A stretch of 64,000 nt of DNA. It comes from Malacoraja senta. Its lineage: Eukaryota. The notes beneath the pieces were generated by a model, which had not been told where the DNA came from, did not search any database, and worked only from the letters and a program-made list of their open reading frames with translations. The DNA is taken from positions 310,001 to 374,000 of the forward strand of contig JAXLNO010005073.1 in the NCBI GenBank assembly GCA_038087875.1, in the 5' to 3' direction. The position numbers were made by a program, and so were the translations under genes. Below are positions 39,134-50,853 of the stretch, piece by piece (position 1 is the stretch's first letter; the number at the start of each line of letters is the position of its first letter).

Positions 39134-39748
39134 GTAAGTTTCTTAGCTTCTGCTCTTCGTTATATCGACACAGAGTTCTTGTCACGTTGCTATTCTTTTT
39201 GGATAACTTTTAACATTCCATGTCTTACTGCAAGTAGAGCTCAATCATAGACATTTCCATCAAACTTCTTGTCCATGCCTATAAGGTCACTTCTGTTGTA
39301 AGTAGTCCAGGTCTCTGAAGCACATGTGAGCACATGGATCACTACTGCTGGCAGACCACTGACCAAGACCTGTGTTGGCCATCTCATTGAAGGTGATCGG
39401 GAATTTCATCATCAATGTCTGTCCTTGTTGCTAAGTGTCTCCACAGGTATGAAAACTGGTCCAGTAGTATGAAAACCAGTGTGTCACTGTCAACCTTTTT
39501 GTCAGAAGTCAGTATAGTAAGGTGGGCAGCTTGGTGGAAGATCTTTGCCATAACACCGAAACTGTGCCCCTTAAAGATCACAAAAGTAGTGAAAATTATC
39601 TTGAAAATAGTTGTACAAGTTTCTTTCCCCTGTTCTGATGCTGTAAAACATTACAGCGGTTGAAGCATCCACAGTAACTTCACCAAAAGCTGCCATGTGA
39701 GAACAGAAGATGTGGGGGAGGGAATACTGATGTCTTCACATTGTCTGA

Positions 39749-40020
39749 CCATGGTGGCGCAGTGGTAGGGTTGCTGCCTTACAGCGCCAGGGACCCGGGT
39801 TCAATCCTGACTACAGGTGCTGTCTGTAGGGAGTTTGTGCCTTCATCCCGTGCCCTGTGTGGGTTTTCTCCAGGATTTCCGGTCTGTACGTTAATAGGCT
39901 TGGTTTAATTGTATGTTGTCCCTGGTGTGTGTAGGATAGTGTTAGTCTGTGGGAATCGCTGGTTGGTGTGGACTCGGCGAGCCGAAGGGCCTGTTTCCGC
40001 GCTGTATCTCTAAACTAAAA
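39749..40020 (+). mobile_element. HE1/V-SINE-like SINE
   Basis: A/B boxes (GGCGCAGTGG, GGGTTCAATCC) and TAAAC tail. Confidence 0.75.
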
Positions 40021-40779
40021 CACGCCCTTTCCTCCCAATCCCACCCATCCGTTAATCCCTGCCCTTCATGTGGTCCGAAGCCTCGGTGAAAGACATTTTG
40101 TACAATGCTGACATAAGGCAAAGCACTGATCCCTAACAGAGGAAGATCCTGTAAACACCCAGTCACAAAGAAACAATCTCCACCACACATAGATCAATGA
40201 AGAGTCAGTGAAGCACAAAGTGGAAAGTATCAATGTCCCAACAGGAACACTTTAATTCCTCACAGATAATCACATCATCCAATCATAGAATTGTGGAATG
40301 GTTGTAGCAGAGAAGGTGGCCATTTGACCCATCATATCCATGCTAACTCTCATCCAGAGCAACTCGCTAATTCTACCCCCTCTCCTTTTGCCATCACATT
40401 GCAGCTTTTTCATCACTATATATTTGTCCAATTCTCTCTGGAAAGCCATGATAGAACCCAGCTCCCCAACTGATGCAGACAGTACACTTCAGACTCCAAC
40501 TACCTGCTGCCTAAAAAGATTTTCCACAAGTCATTCTAACATGTTTCCCCTTTATTTTAAACCTATAACTTTTTGTGCTCAGCCTTTCCACTGAAGGGAG
40601 CATCCTTCCACAATCCATTCTGTTCAGACTGAATAAATGATGCATAAATGAACAATGATGCCATTGATGTGATGAAAGAGCATTATTGACTCTTGTCTTC
40701 AAACTCTCTCTTCAGTGTGCCATGGGAATAACTGGACAGAGAACAGCCATAAAAAGTATCTCAATTATACCAACCATGT

Positions 40780-41100
40780 TTACTGTTTAGTTTAGGTTAG
40801 AGATACAGCGCGGAAACAGGCCCTTCGGCCCACCAGGTCCACGCCAACCAGCGAACCCGCATATTAACACTATCCTACACCCACTAGGGACAATTTTTAC
40901 ATTTACCAAGCCAATTAACCTACAAACCTGTACGTCTTTGGAGTGTGGAAGGAAACCGAGGATCTCGGAGAAAACCCATGCACATCCCGGGGAGAAAGTA
41001 CAAACTCCGTACAGACAGCACCCGTAGTCGGGATCGAGCCCGGGTCTCCGGCGCTGCATTCACTGTAAGGCAGCAACTCTACCGCTGCGCCACCGTGCCG
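40780..41100 (-). mobile_element. HE1/V-SINE-like SINE
   Basis: Reverse complement of the same SINE family. Confidence 0.75.
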
Positions 41101-42490
41101 CTTTCATTGTGTCATCTCTTTGTGACATGTTTACAGTTTGACTTGCCGATTCAAATGCTTCAATGCACCATCTGATGTGATTATTTGACTGAACACAGCA
41201 ACCTGCTCCCTGATGGTCACTGTGTGCTATAGGTTGGTGTTATTAATCCTTACTCCTGGCGAGCAGCAGTCTCCCCCTGGGAGAAGACAACAGGGCTCTG
41301 ACTACAGTCGGCTGAGAGTCCACTGAGGAATGAAGACTTTGGTTGTCCTCTGCCTGTGCCTCAGTGCCAGTAAAACCCTGCTCCGTCAGCCGCTGCACCA
41401 AGGGAGAGGCCACCCCCACCCACACCCACTCCCACTGTGGTGTCCCCACCTCCCAGATTGGAAATCTGTGCTCCTGGCTGAGCAGAAGCCTCCCCATGTA
41501 CGCTCATCTAGCACAGTCTCGCTATGCAGCAGAACTGAAGTTGAACTTTATTTTACAAGGGTAGCGCACACCAGCCTCTCCATCCTTTGGCCTCATTGCA
41601 GACTGATGCTTTTGGGTGTTGAGCTGTCCTTAAAGGGCAGGAGATATCAATCAGTGAGTGAATAGATTAGTTGGTGTGTGGAATTAATGCATGGATCAAC
41701 CATCTCCAATTTTACACTAAAAACACATGAAGATGTGTTCATTAGGATTGCAATAATAATGTGTTCAACCTCATTGACATCAGTAGGCAATGGTTACATG
41801 CACAGTTCAGTTTTAGTACTTGAAGACCAAAATTAATTTTAGGAGTTGAAAATCCGAATGAAAAATAATAATAATAATCAGCAGGACAGATAGAAAATGT
41901 GAAAGAGGAACAAGTCCAGCCATGCTCGAGGGGCTGAATGGCCTACTCCTGCACCTATTGTCTATTGTCAATTGTCAAAGATCCTTTCTATGAATCTGAC
42001 AACGTTTTATTCATCATAAAACACTTATTTCCCTTTCCACGGATACTGCTCAAACGGCTGAGTATTTCTAACGTTTACAGTTCTTGTGCTCCTGGTTAGA
42101 GAGGATTGAAGCTGGAGGGCAATATCCACTCTGTTGTCAGCAGTGCTCATTCAACCATTGTTCCAGTCTTAGACTATGATAGACATTTGTCCACTGTACA
42201 GTGGGAAGTATCACAGCTGAATCAGCTACTTTATCAGCCAACCATCAGCTCCCATCTCCTGCCTGAGGAAGTCAGCTGATTGTAACCAAGAAATAGAAAC
42301 TTGTGAGAATGTTTACAGTCTATAACTGATGGCTACTGAGGCAAATTGTGGCTCTCTGATCTTTCTGTGTAAGGTCAATTAATCTGGAAAAAAAGACACA
42401 ATGTGCTGGAGTAGCTCAACGGGTCAGGCGGAATCTCTGGAGAACATGGGTAGGTGAGGTTTTGGGTCGGGACCCTACTTCAGACTAAAG

Positions 42491-43640
42491 GGCTGTTCTG
42501 CAATGATCTGACCACGTGGTGATTGTGTCACCATCCCCTGTGTAAACCATTATCAAACCATTATCAAATAAACATGCCAGAAGTTGAAGTATAGCTAGTG
42601 TAGTCATGTAGAAAATATGGTCTCCAATTTGCCCTTAATATGTTCCTATTTACTGAGGGATGAATATTGGCCAGGAAACCAGGAGACCAAGGTATCTACA
42701 CTGCACTTTGGTGGTTCAAACGTAAAGTGAAAACTTTGCCTTGTGTACCATCCTAATATGGTCATAATTTAGGGAACACTGTGTTTCCATGGACTCTGAT
42801 TTTATCCACATGGTCTTATCCCACCACTAAATGTCTCTGACATACATCTGAAGCCATGTTCCTGGTCATTCTGGTGGATCTCATTATTAATGGGGTACAG
42901 TTTAAACACTGGATTGCTGCTTCTTTAAAATCAAGCCGGATTAAATTCTTAATCAGAAAATAATACTTATTTTCCAGAAATAACGTGACCCCAGTACCTG
43001 AGATGAGCCGTGTTACTGAATATATGTCTGTGAGTAGGAAGACAAAGAAAGAAGGTAAATAGATGACTCAGTCAATTAATCTCTAGTTGTAGAGGTGTTG
43101 TATTTGATGAAGCAACCTATTTCACATTTCACAGTTTTGTAACAAGAATGTGAGGAAGGGAACCTCAAGCACACAAACTAATTGATCAATTCAACAGGCT
43201 CTCTTGTGTCAATTCACCCCTCAGTCCCAATCTTCCGCATCCAACTGCAGGTCTTACTCTGCATTGGTCAATTGACTAATTTTCACTGGACTATCATGGT
43301 CAACCCATGAATGTTAAACATCACCATGAACAACATGTTCACACTCCTAATTTATTGTTGATCCTGATTAACAGCTTGGTTAGTGGCTCTCTAAAGAATG
43401 GACAACACTTGCCCTTTCAAAAGTCACCATCCCTTTCACAAAATATCATCTAGCATTAAATGCCTCCAATTCACTTTGCCACTAGTTCAGATTTCATTCT
43501 AAAGTGAAAATAAGAACAACATTTCAGAATGGTTTGAGCATCATTAATAGATGGTGGATAGGTGATGTTTTAGATCGAGACCCTTCTTTTGAGTCTGAAG
43601 AAGGGTCACGACCCGAAACTTCACCTATACATGTCCTCCG
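42491..43640 (+). repeat. Direct duplicate of about 44661-45800, lying upstream of the TM exon
   Basis: Near-identical sequence starting gctgttctgcaatgatctgaccacgtgg. Confidence 0.9.
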
Positions 43641-44309
43641 GGTGGTGAATCTCTGGAACTCTCTGCCACAGAAGGTAGTTGAGGCCAGTTCATTGGCTAT
43701 ATTTAAGAGGGAGTTTGATGTGGCACTTGTGGCTAAAGGGATTGAATTGAATTGAATTAGACTTTATTAATCCCCTTATTCAGGGGAAATTCAGATGTCC
43801 TTGCAGCACACTAATAAAATACAACATAGTATTAAAAAGAAGTTCAACACCAAAACATCCCCCCACAGTGGTTCCCACTGTGGGGGAAGGCACAAAGTCC
43901 AGTCCCCATCCTCTTATCCACGAATTATCCCGAATTATCGGGATCAGGGGGTATGGAGAGAAGGCAGGTACAGGATACTGAGTTGGATGATCAGCCATGA
44001 TCATATTGAATGGCGGTGCAGGCTCGAAGGGCCGAATGGCCTACTCCTGCACCTATTTTCTATGTTTCTATGTTTCTATGACCTGAAATGTCTCCTGCCT
44101 AACCTGCTGAGTTTCTCCAACACTTTGTGTCTTTTATTGGTAAACTCTCATCTGCAGTATCTTGTGTCTCAGTGAATCTGGATCACAAGTTAAACTTAAG
44201 ACTTCTGATCTAAATTAGTCAGTGTGGTTAATGCCTGGTCTTTGGGGGAGCTTTTGAATGATGTCCATTTATTCTACAAATGTGAACTCTGTGTTAATTA
44301 TTTTGACAG

Positions 44310-44417
44310 AGAATCACCATTTTGGATACATCATTGTTGGAATTATCGGGAGTCTGGCTCTTCTCATCGTCATTATACTGGCAGTGGTGTGGTGTCAAAG
44401 AAAGCGCAAGCCTACAG
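44310..44417 (+). CDS. Transmembrane exon NHHFGYIIVGIIGSLALLIVIILAVVWCQRKRKPT
   Basis: 108 nt, phase 1-1; hydrophobic stretch followed by a Cys and a basic stop-transfer. Confidence 0.9.
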
Positions 44418-44658
44418 GTAAAGTACATGATGACATCCTTAATGCAGCACAGATTACCCAAATTATCAATGACAATGTTATCTTTGTTACAAGGAGAAAA
44501 GAACAATATGTTTTGGATAAGAAAAGTATCTGTTTGTGCTTATGTTGTTGAGAAATTGATTTCAGACATTTTGTGGTCAATTAAAGCATTATTTATGCAA
44601 TGTGGATTGTCTACCTCTCTACCTGCGTTGCCATGAGGAGTCTGCTGTATGATTTCAG

Positions 44659-44675
44659 GTGCTGTTCTGCAATGA
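44659..44675 (+). CDS. Possible short terminal exon (G)AVLQ*
   Basis: Acceptor tatgatttcag, phase 1, TGA 44673-44675, AATAAA 44725-44730; conserved in the minus-strand paralog (63643-63659). Confidence 0.35.
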
Positions 44676-46569
44676 TCTGACCACGTGGTGATTGTGTCCC
44701 CATCCCCTGTGTAAACCATTATCAAATAAACATGCCAGAAGTTGAAGTATAGCTAGTGTAGTCATGTAGAAAATATGGTCTCCAATTTGCCCTCAATATG
44801 TTCCTATTTACTGAGGGATGAATATTAGCCAGGAAACCAGGAGACCAAGGTATCTCCACTGCACTTTGGTGGTTCAAACTTAAAGTGAAAACGTTGCCTT
44901 GTGTACCATCCTAATATGGTCATAATTTAGGGAACACTGTGTTTCCATGGACTCTGATTTTATACACATGGTCTTATCCCACCATTAAATGTCTCTGACA
45001 TACATCTGAAGCCATGTTCCTGGTCATTCTGGTGGATCTCATTATTAATGGGGTACAGTTTAAACACTGGATTGCTGCTTCTTTAAAATCAAGCCGGATT
45101 AAAGTCTTAATCAGAAAATAATACTTATTTTCCAGAAATTAACGTGACCCCAGTACCTGAGATGAGCCGTGTTACTGAATATATGTCTGTGAGTAGGAAG
45201 ACAAAGCAAGAAGGTAAATAGATGACTCAGTCAATGAATCTCTAGTTGTAGAGGTGTTGTATTTGATGAAGCAACCTATTTCACATTTCACAGTTTTGTA
45301 ACAAGAATGTGAGGAAGGGAACCTCAAGCACACAAACTAATTGATCAATTCAACAGTCTCTCTTGTGTCAATTCACCCCTCAGCCCCAATCTTCCTCATC
45401 CAACTGCAGGTCTTACTCTGCATTGGTCAATTGACTAATTTTCACTGACTATCATGGTCAACCCATGAATGTTGAGACATCACCATGAACAACATATTCA
45501 CACTCCTAATTTATTGTTGATCCTGTTTAACAGCTTGGTTAGTGGCTCTCTAAAGAATGGACACTTGCCCTTTCAAAAGTCACCATCCCTTTCACAAAAT
45601 ATCCTCTAGCATTAAATGCCTCCAATTCACTTTGCCACTAGTTCAGATTTTATTCCAAAGTGAAAATAACAACAACATTTCAGAATGGTTTGAGCATCAT
45701 TAATAGATGGCGGATAGGTGATGTTTCGGATCGAGACCCTTCTTTTGAGTCTGAAGAAGGGTCACGACCCGAAACTTCACCTATACATGTCCTCCAGAGA
45801 TGCTGCCTGACCTGCAGAGGTAGTCCAGCACTTTGTGTCCCTTTGTGTATTAACCAGCATCTGCAGTTCTTTGTTTCTACCTTAGACAGAATCAGAATCA
45901 TATTTTATTCGCCAAGTATGTTTTGCAACATACGAGGAATTTCACTGGCCAGGTCAGTCATACAATTAAAAAGCAACAGACACAAAAACACATTTTAACA
46001 TGAACATCCACCACAGTGACTCCTACACATTCCTCACTGTGATGGAAGGCGAAATAAAGTTCAAGTCCTTCACTTGTGTTCTTCCTCGGTTGGGGGACTC
46101 GAGCCATCAAATGGTGGACAGTATTGTTTTTGCCAGAATTTAGACCACATTTCTGATGAATCTGATGAACAACAGAGAAATCTTTCTTGAAAAATCTGAG
46201 GGAACCTTTCAATAAATCAGACATTGCCCATGTTTTAATGAGAAAAATATCAATTCCTTACCTTGTTCCACAGTGTGGATCAATTGTATTCCACTGTGTT
46301 CCACTGTAAAGGGATCGATTGTATTCATATATTGTCTTTCTGCTGATGCAACAAAAGCTTTTCCCTGAACCTCGGCACACATGACAATAAACTGAGAGTG
46401 TGTGTGTGTCTGAGAGTGTATGTGTGTGTGTGTGTGTGTATAGGGGGGTTGCACGCAAGGTCACCGGGTCAAAGGGCATGACGCATGGAGCTGCTCTGGA
46501 GGACATCGCAGCTTCCAGTATATGTTGTTAATACACGAAACGCGTACTTTCCTACCTGTTAAAAACCTG

Positions 46570-47684
46570 CACAGTTTTGATCTCCTAATCTGAGGAAAGA
46601 CATTCTTGCCATAGAGGGAGTACAGAGAAGGTTCACCAGACTGATTCCTGGGATGTCAGGACTTTCATATGAAGAAAGACTGGATAGACTCGGCTTGTAC
46701 TCGCTGGAATTTAGAAGATTGAGGGGGGGATCTTATGGAAAGTTACAAAATTTTCAGGGGTTGGACAGGCTAGATGCAGGAAGATTGAACCCGATGTTGG
46801 GGAAGTCCAGAACAAGGGGTCACAGTTTAAGGATAAGGGGGAAGTCTTTTAGGACCGAGATGAGAAAAACATTTTTTTTTCACACAGAGAGTGGTGAATC
46901 TGTGGAATTCTCTGCCACAGAAGGTAGTTGAGGCCAGTTCATTGGCTATATTTAAGAGGGAGTTAGATGTGGCCCTTGTGGCTAAAGGGATCAGGGGGTA
47001 TGGAGAGAAGGCAGGTACAGGATACTGAGTTGGATGATCAGCCATCTTCTTCTTCTGTTGTGTGTCTTTCAGACCTGCAGCTCTGTTGAGGCGAGCCAGG
47101 CCAACGTATCATCGTCCAGGTCAATCATACCTCGTTCACCGTTCGGTGGCCGATGTGTGCTCCACTGTCTGTGTTGGGTCCCCACACTCGCAGGAGGTGC
47201 TCGCTGTCCACGAGCCCCCACCTCTTCATCACTACTCCATAGCGTCCTCAAGATGCCTGTCCTCAAGCGGTTGAGGGTTGTCCATTGCTTTCGGGTCAGG
47301 TCCTGGCCAGGGACGCCCAGGGGGTCATCGATGTAATGGTGTAGCCTAGATGGTCTCTCCATCTCGTCTTGACCATCTGGTCAAAGACAGCCTCTACGCA
47401 GCCTCCTCTACGAGTAGCTTACAGGATCATAAGCCCACAAAGCGAAACCAATGTCTTTACCACGTCTGCAGACCGCTGAAAGCCATGCCTCCCCAGGCCA
47501 TGTGGCACCGTTAAATGCCGCCAACTGTCGAGGTTTAGCGCTACTGCAGCTCAATGTTGAAGGCCTTACCACTGCCAAGCTCAACGTCATCGAACAGATG
47601 ATCAGCCATGATCACATTGAATGGCGGTGCTGGCTCGAAGGGCCGAATGGCCTACTCCTGCACCAATTGTCTATGTTTCTATGA
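46570..47684 (+). mobile_element. CR1 LINE 3' fragment interrupted by a Vingi-like insertion
   Basis: ORF 46653-46931 CR1-like; 3' tail resumes after 47596. Confidence 0.88.
47046..47596 (-). mobile_element. Ingi/Vingi-like LINE insertion with inverted 5' part
   Basis: 13-bp TSD GATGATCAGCCAT (47033-47045 and 47597-47609); minus-strand 3' end (RKQWTTLNRLRTG) with (GAA)n tail; plus-strand endonuclease start LLQLNVEGL. Confidence 0.7.
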
Positions 47685-48171
47685 AACCGCCCTCACCAGA
47701 AACCACCCACATAACCACCCTCACGCACCCAAACCCACCCTCAACCACCCACACCCACCCGAAACCACCCACACCCACCCGAAACCACCCTCAACCACCC
47801 ACACACACCCTCAACCACCCTCACCCACCCGAAACCACCCACACACACCCAAAACCACCCTCACCCACACACACCCAACCGAAACCACCATCACCCACCC
47901 AAAACCACCCTCACCCACCCGAAACCACCCTCACCCACGCACACCCGCCCGAAACCACCCACACCCACCCGAAACCACCCTCACTCACCCGAAACCACCA
48001 TCACCCACCCGAAACCACCCTCACCCACCCGAAACCACCCTCACCCACCCGAAACCACCCTCACCCACCCTCACCTACCCAAAACCACCCTCACGCACCC
48101 GAAACCACCCTCACCCACCTGAAACCACCCTCACCCACCCAAAACCACCCAAAACCATCCTCACCCACCTT
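47685..48171 (-). repeat. Inverted copy of the G-rich 20-bp minisatellite
   Basis: (CACCCACCCGAAACCACCCT)n. Confidence 0.95.
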
Positions 48172-48364
48172 TACAGCCTCTCTCTCTCTTCTTCTTTGGT
48201 GTGGCGTGCACAGCCTAAAGTTGTTGGACAACTTGTTCTATTTGATCTCTCTCCATCTCTCTCTCTCCATCTTTCTGTCACCAGGGTCCGGGGTCTCGGC
48301 GCCGGTTTCATCTTCATCTTGTTCCCGCCCAAAGCCCCAACCGCCAACCGTCGACATCACCTGC

Positions 48365-48537
48365 CCTCACCAAGATGGCCGCCGGCTGCCGACCTCACCT
48401 GCCCTCACCAAGATGGCCGCCCTCCGGTCCCGCACCCCCCCGGGCAGAGTCTGCCCGTCGACCGCATGAAAATGGCGGCGGGCGCGCGGGCGGGCGGAGA
48501 AGCGTCAGTTGGTGACGTCGCTGCCGACGGACCTGAG
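48365..48537 (+). promoter_or_regulatory. Duplicated ZNF promoter and exon 1, (MK)MAAGARAGGEASVGDVAADGPE
   Basis: CAAGATGGC repeats, AAAATGGCGGCG at 48469-48480, donor GAG|GTAAAT at 48538; no downstream ZNF exon in the window. Confidence 0.7.
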
Positions 48538-49885
48538 GTAAATAAATAACTAACTGATGATCAGCGGCTGCAGCGGATTGTGCGGGATCGGGTCACGTGG
48601 GGGAGAAGTGAGTGGGTGAGTGAGGTCAATGACCACATACAGTACAGTACAGTACAGTACAGTACAGGCCGGTACAGTCACGTGTGTGGACATGTGTGTG
48701 GGGGGGAGAGAGAGAGAGCTGAGGGCAATCTCCACATAAACCACGTCTGGGGGAATCAAACTGGTCAAACTGGGCTCAATTATATAAACTCACCGTCTGG
48801 AGCAGCGTCCTCAGATAAAACACATTATAAATAAACATCTCCCTCTCTCTGGCTCCCAACCCCCCCCCCCCCCCCCCCTCTCTGTAAATAATCAATAAAT
48901 CACCACATAAACTGCACGTCTGGGGGAATAAACCTGGTAAATCTGGGGTAAATAATGTTATAAACACACAGGGGAGCGGAATAAACCCGGTAAAACGGGT
49001 AAATAATGTTATAAACACACAGGGGAGTGGAATAAACCTGGTAAAACTGGGGTAAATAATGTTATAAACACACAGGGGAGCGGAATAAACCCTGTCTGGG
49101 GTAAATCGGGTAAATAATGTTATAAACACACAGGGGAGCGGAATAAACCCGGTAAATCTGGGGTAAATAATGTTATAAACACACAGGGGAGCGGAATAAA
49201 CCCGGTACAACTGAGGTAAAGTAAGTAAGTTTATTGGCCAAGTATTCACATACAAGGAATTTGCCTTGGTGCTCCGCCCACAAGTAACAACATGACATAC
49301 AGTTGTTCCAACGTGACATACGGGTCTTCCAGTCCCACCTCAAGACCCATCTCTTCACCTCTGCATACCCTTAGTCCCATGTTCCCCTCCCCTCTGTCTT
49401 ACTGATCTATTTTGTTTTGTTTATTCCTGTCTCTCAATTGTAAAGCGACTTTGAGTCCTGAAAAGCGCTATATAAATAAAATCTATTATTATTATTATTA
49501 TACAGTGACAGTTAATAATGTTATAATACAGTAAATAATATTTAAAACACACAGGGGAGCGGAATAAACCCGGTCTGGGGTAAAACTGGGGTAAATCATG
49601 TTATAAACACACAGGGGAACAAAATACACAAACAGCCTCACAGCCATCAGGATATTGAACTCAACTCAAACAAAACTCTGAATATTAATAGCCCATTATC
49701 AGTTTATTTGCACTTTATCTGTTTTATTTATACATGTGTGTATAGATTTATACAATGGTATATGGACACACTGATCTGTTCTGTATTCATGCCGTCTATA
49801 TTCTTTTGTGCTGAAGCAAAGCAAGAATTTCATTGTCCAATCTGGGACACACGACAATAAACTCTTGAATCTTGAATAAACCCGG

Positions 49886-50668
49886 TGAAAAAGGTTACTT
49901 ATTATACCAACTTAACAGGTTCGCTTCTTAATAAACAAACAACACACAAACGTTTGGTAGACCAGTTCAAAACTTTACTTGTTATCGGCCGATGGAAGGA
50001 AGCGAGAACTCTAGTCAAGTGAGCAATGCAGACACTTCAGAGTCCTCATCCCCTTCTACGAACAACAGAATAACATCGTAATATATAGTGTTTCTTTGTC
50101 ACCTTAGCACACTCCACAAACATTAGTCATGGTCAGAGATACAGAGATACAGAGAACAATACTTCAGGATGAGCCCGAGTGGTCTCGTCACATCAAAGCC
50201 ATCTTGTCATATGGTACAAGGACATTTCATCTGAAAGGCCTCGGACATTTGTTATTGCCCCTTAATGAATCTAGTTTCCTCTCTCATCACTTCCTCCCTC
50301 ATAAACATCGGACATTTGGTACAAGGCATGTTACATATCAAATACCTCAGCCATTTGTCAAAATCCCTTGGATCAAACTAGTTCCCTCTCTCGTCACCTC
50401 CTCCCTCATAAACATCGGACATTGGTACAAGGCATTTACGTATCAAATAGATCAAACTAGCTTCTTCTCTGCTTCCTCTCTCGTCACTTGGGAGACAAAT
50501 GTTATAGTATTCATTATCTCAATACCCTGCAACCTGAGGCAACTTAACTTGCCTTTCTGTATTATTCTACTGGAGAAAAGCCTAATTTGAGACTAAATAT
50601 AAGCTGTAAGCTAGCCCAGGAACCAATTTAATATCATCTTATATTTTTAACTTAATTCAGCCTTATCA
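49886..50668 (-). mobile_element. ERV 3' LTR
   Basis: Direct repeat of 54683-55465; purine tract AAAAGGATGGAA immediately upstream on minus. Confidence 0.92.
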
Positions 50669-50853
50669 TTCCATCCTTTTATCAACATTTTGATAACAAC
50701 TACAGTCCTTGCCGAGTACATACGAAAGACCATAAGCATCTTATCAGACAAATTAATAGTACAACTAGTAATACAATCAATCCATAGTGGACAATCGTTC
50801 CCCAAGTCCCTCCAAACATATTAAATGGCCACCAACCTCCCCCGAAGCTATAA

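Larger units (their letters stand above)
25296..44417 (+). pseudogene. CD4/LAG-3-like type I membrane receptor gene with 8 Ig domains (SP-[V*-C2-V-C2]x2-TM), disrupted in this assembly
   Basis: Ten exons with GT/AG signals and phase-1 junctions; frameshifts in D3 (+1) and D6 (-1), TAG in D6; family assignment is inference from the V-C2-V-C2 layout and F-strand WxC. Confidence 0.8.

Noticed and set aside
41330-41665. ORF starting with signal-peptide-like MKTLVVLCLCLSAS
   Set aside because: No recognisable domain, splice context or paralog; a better leader exon exists at 25308
25296-44417. Assigning the symbol CD4 or LAG3
   Set aside because: Eight domains, Cys-less D1, multiple paralogs and no canonical neighbouring genes; orthology cannot be shown from the window
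47608-48549. 313-aa and 282-aa Pro/Thr/His-rich ORFs (also 9425-9952 and neighbours)
   Set aside because: Translations of the 20-bp minisatellite, which lacks stop codons
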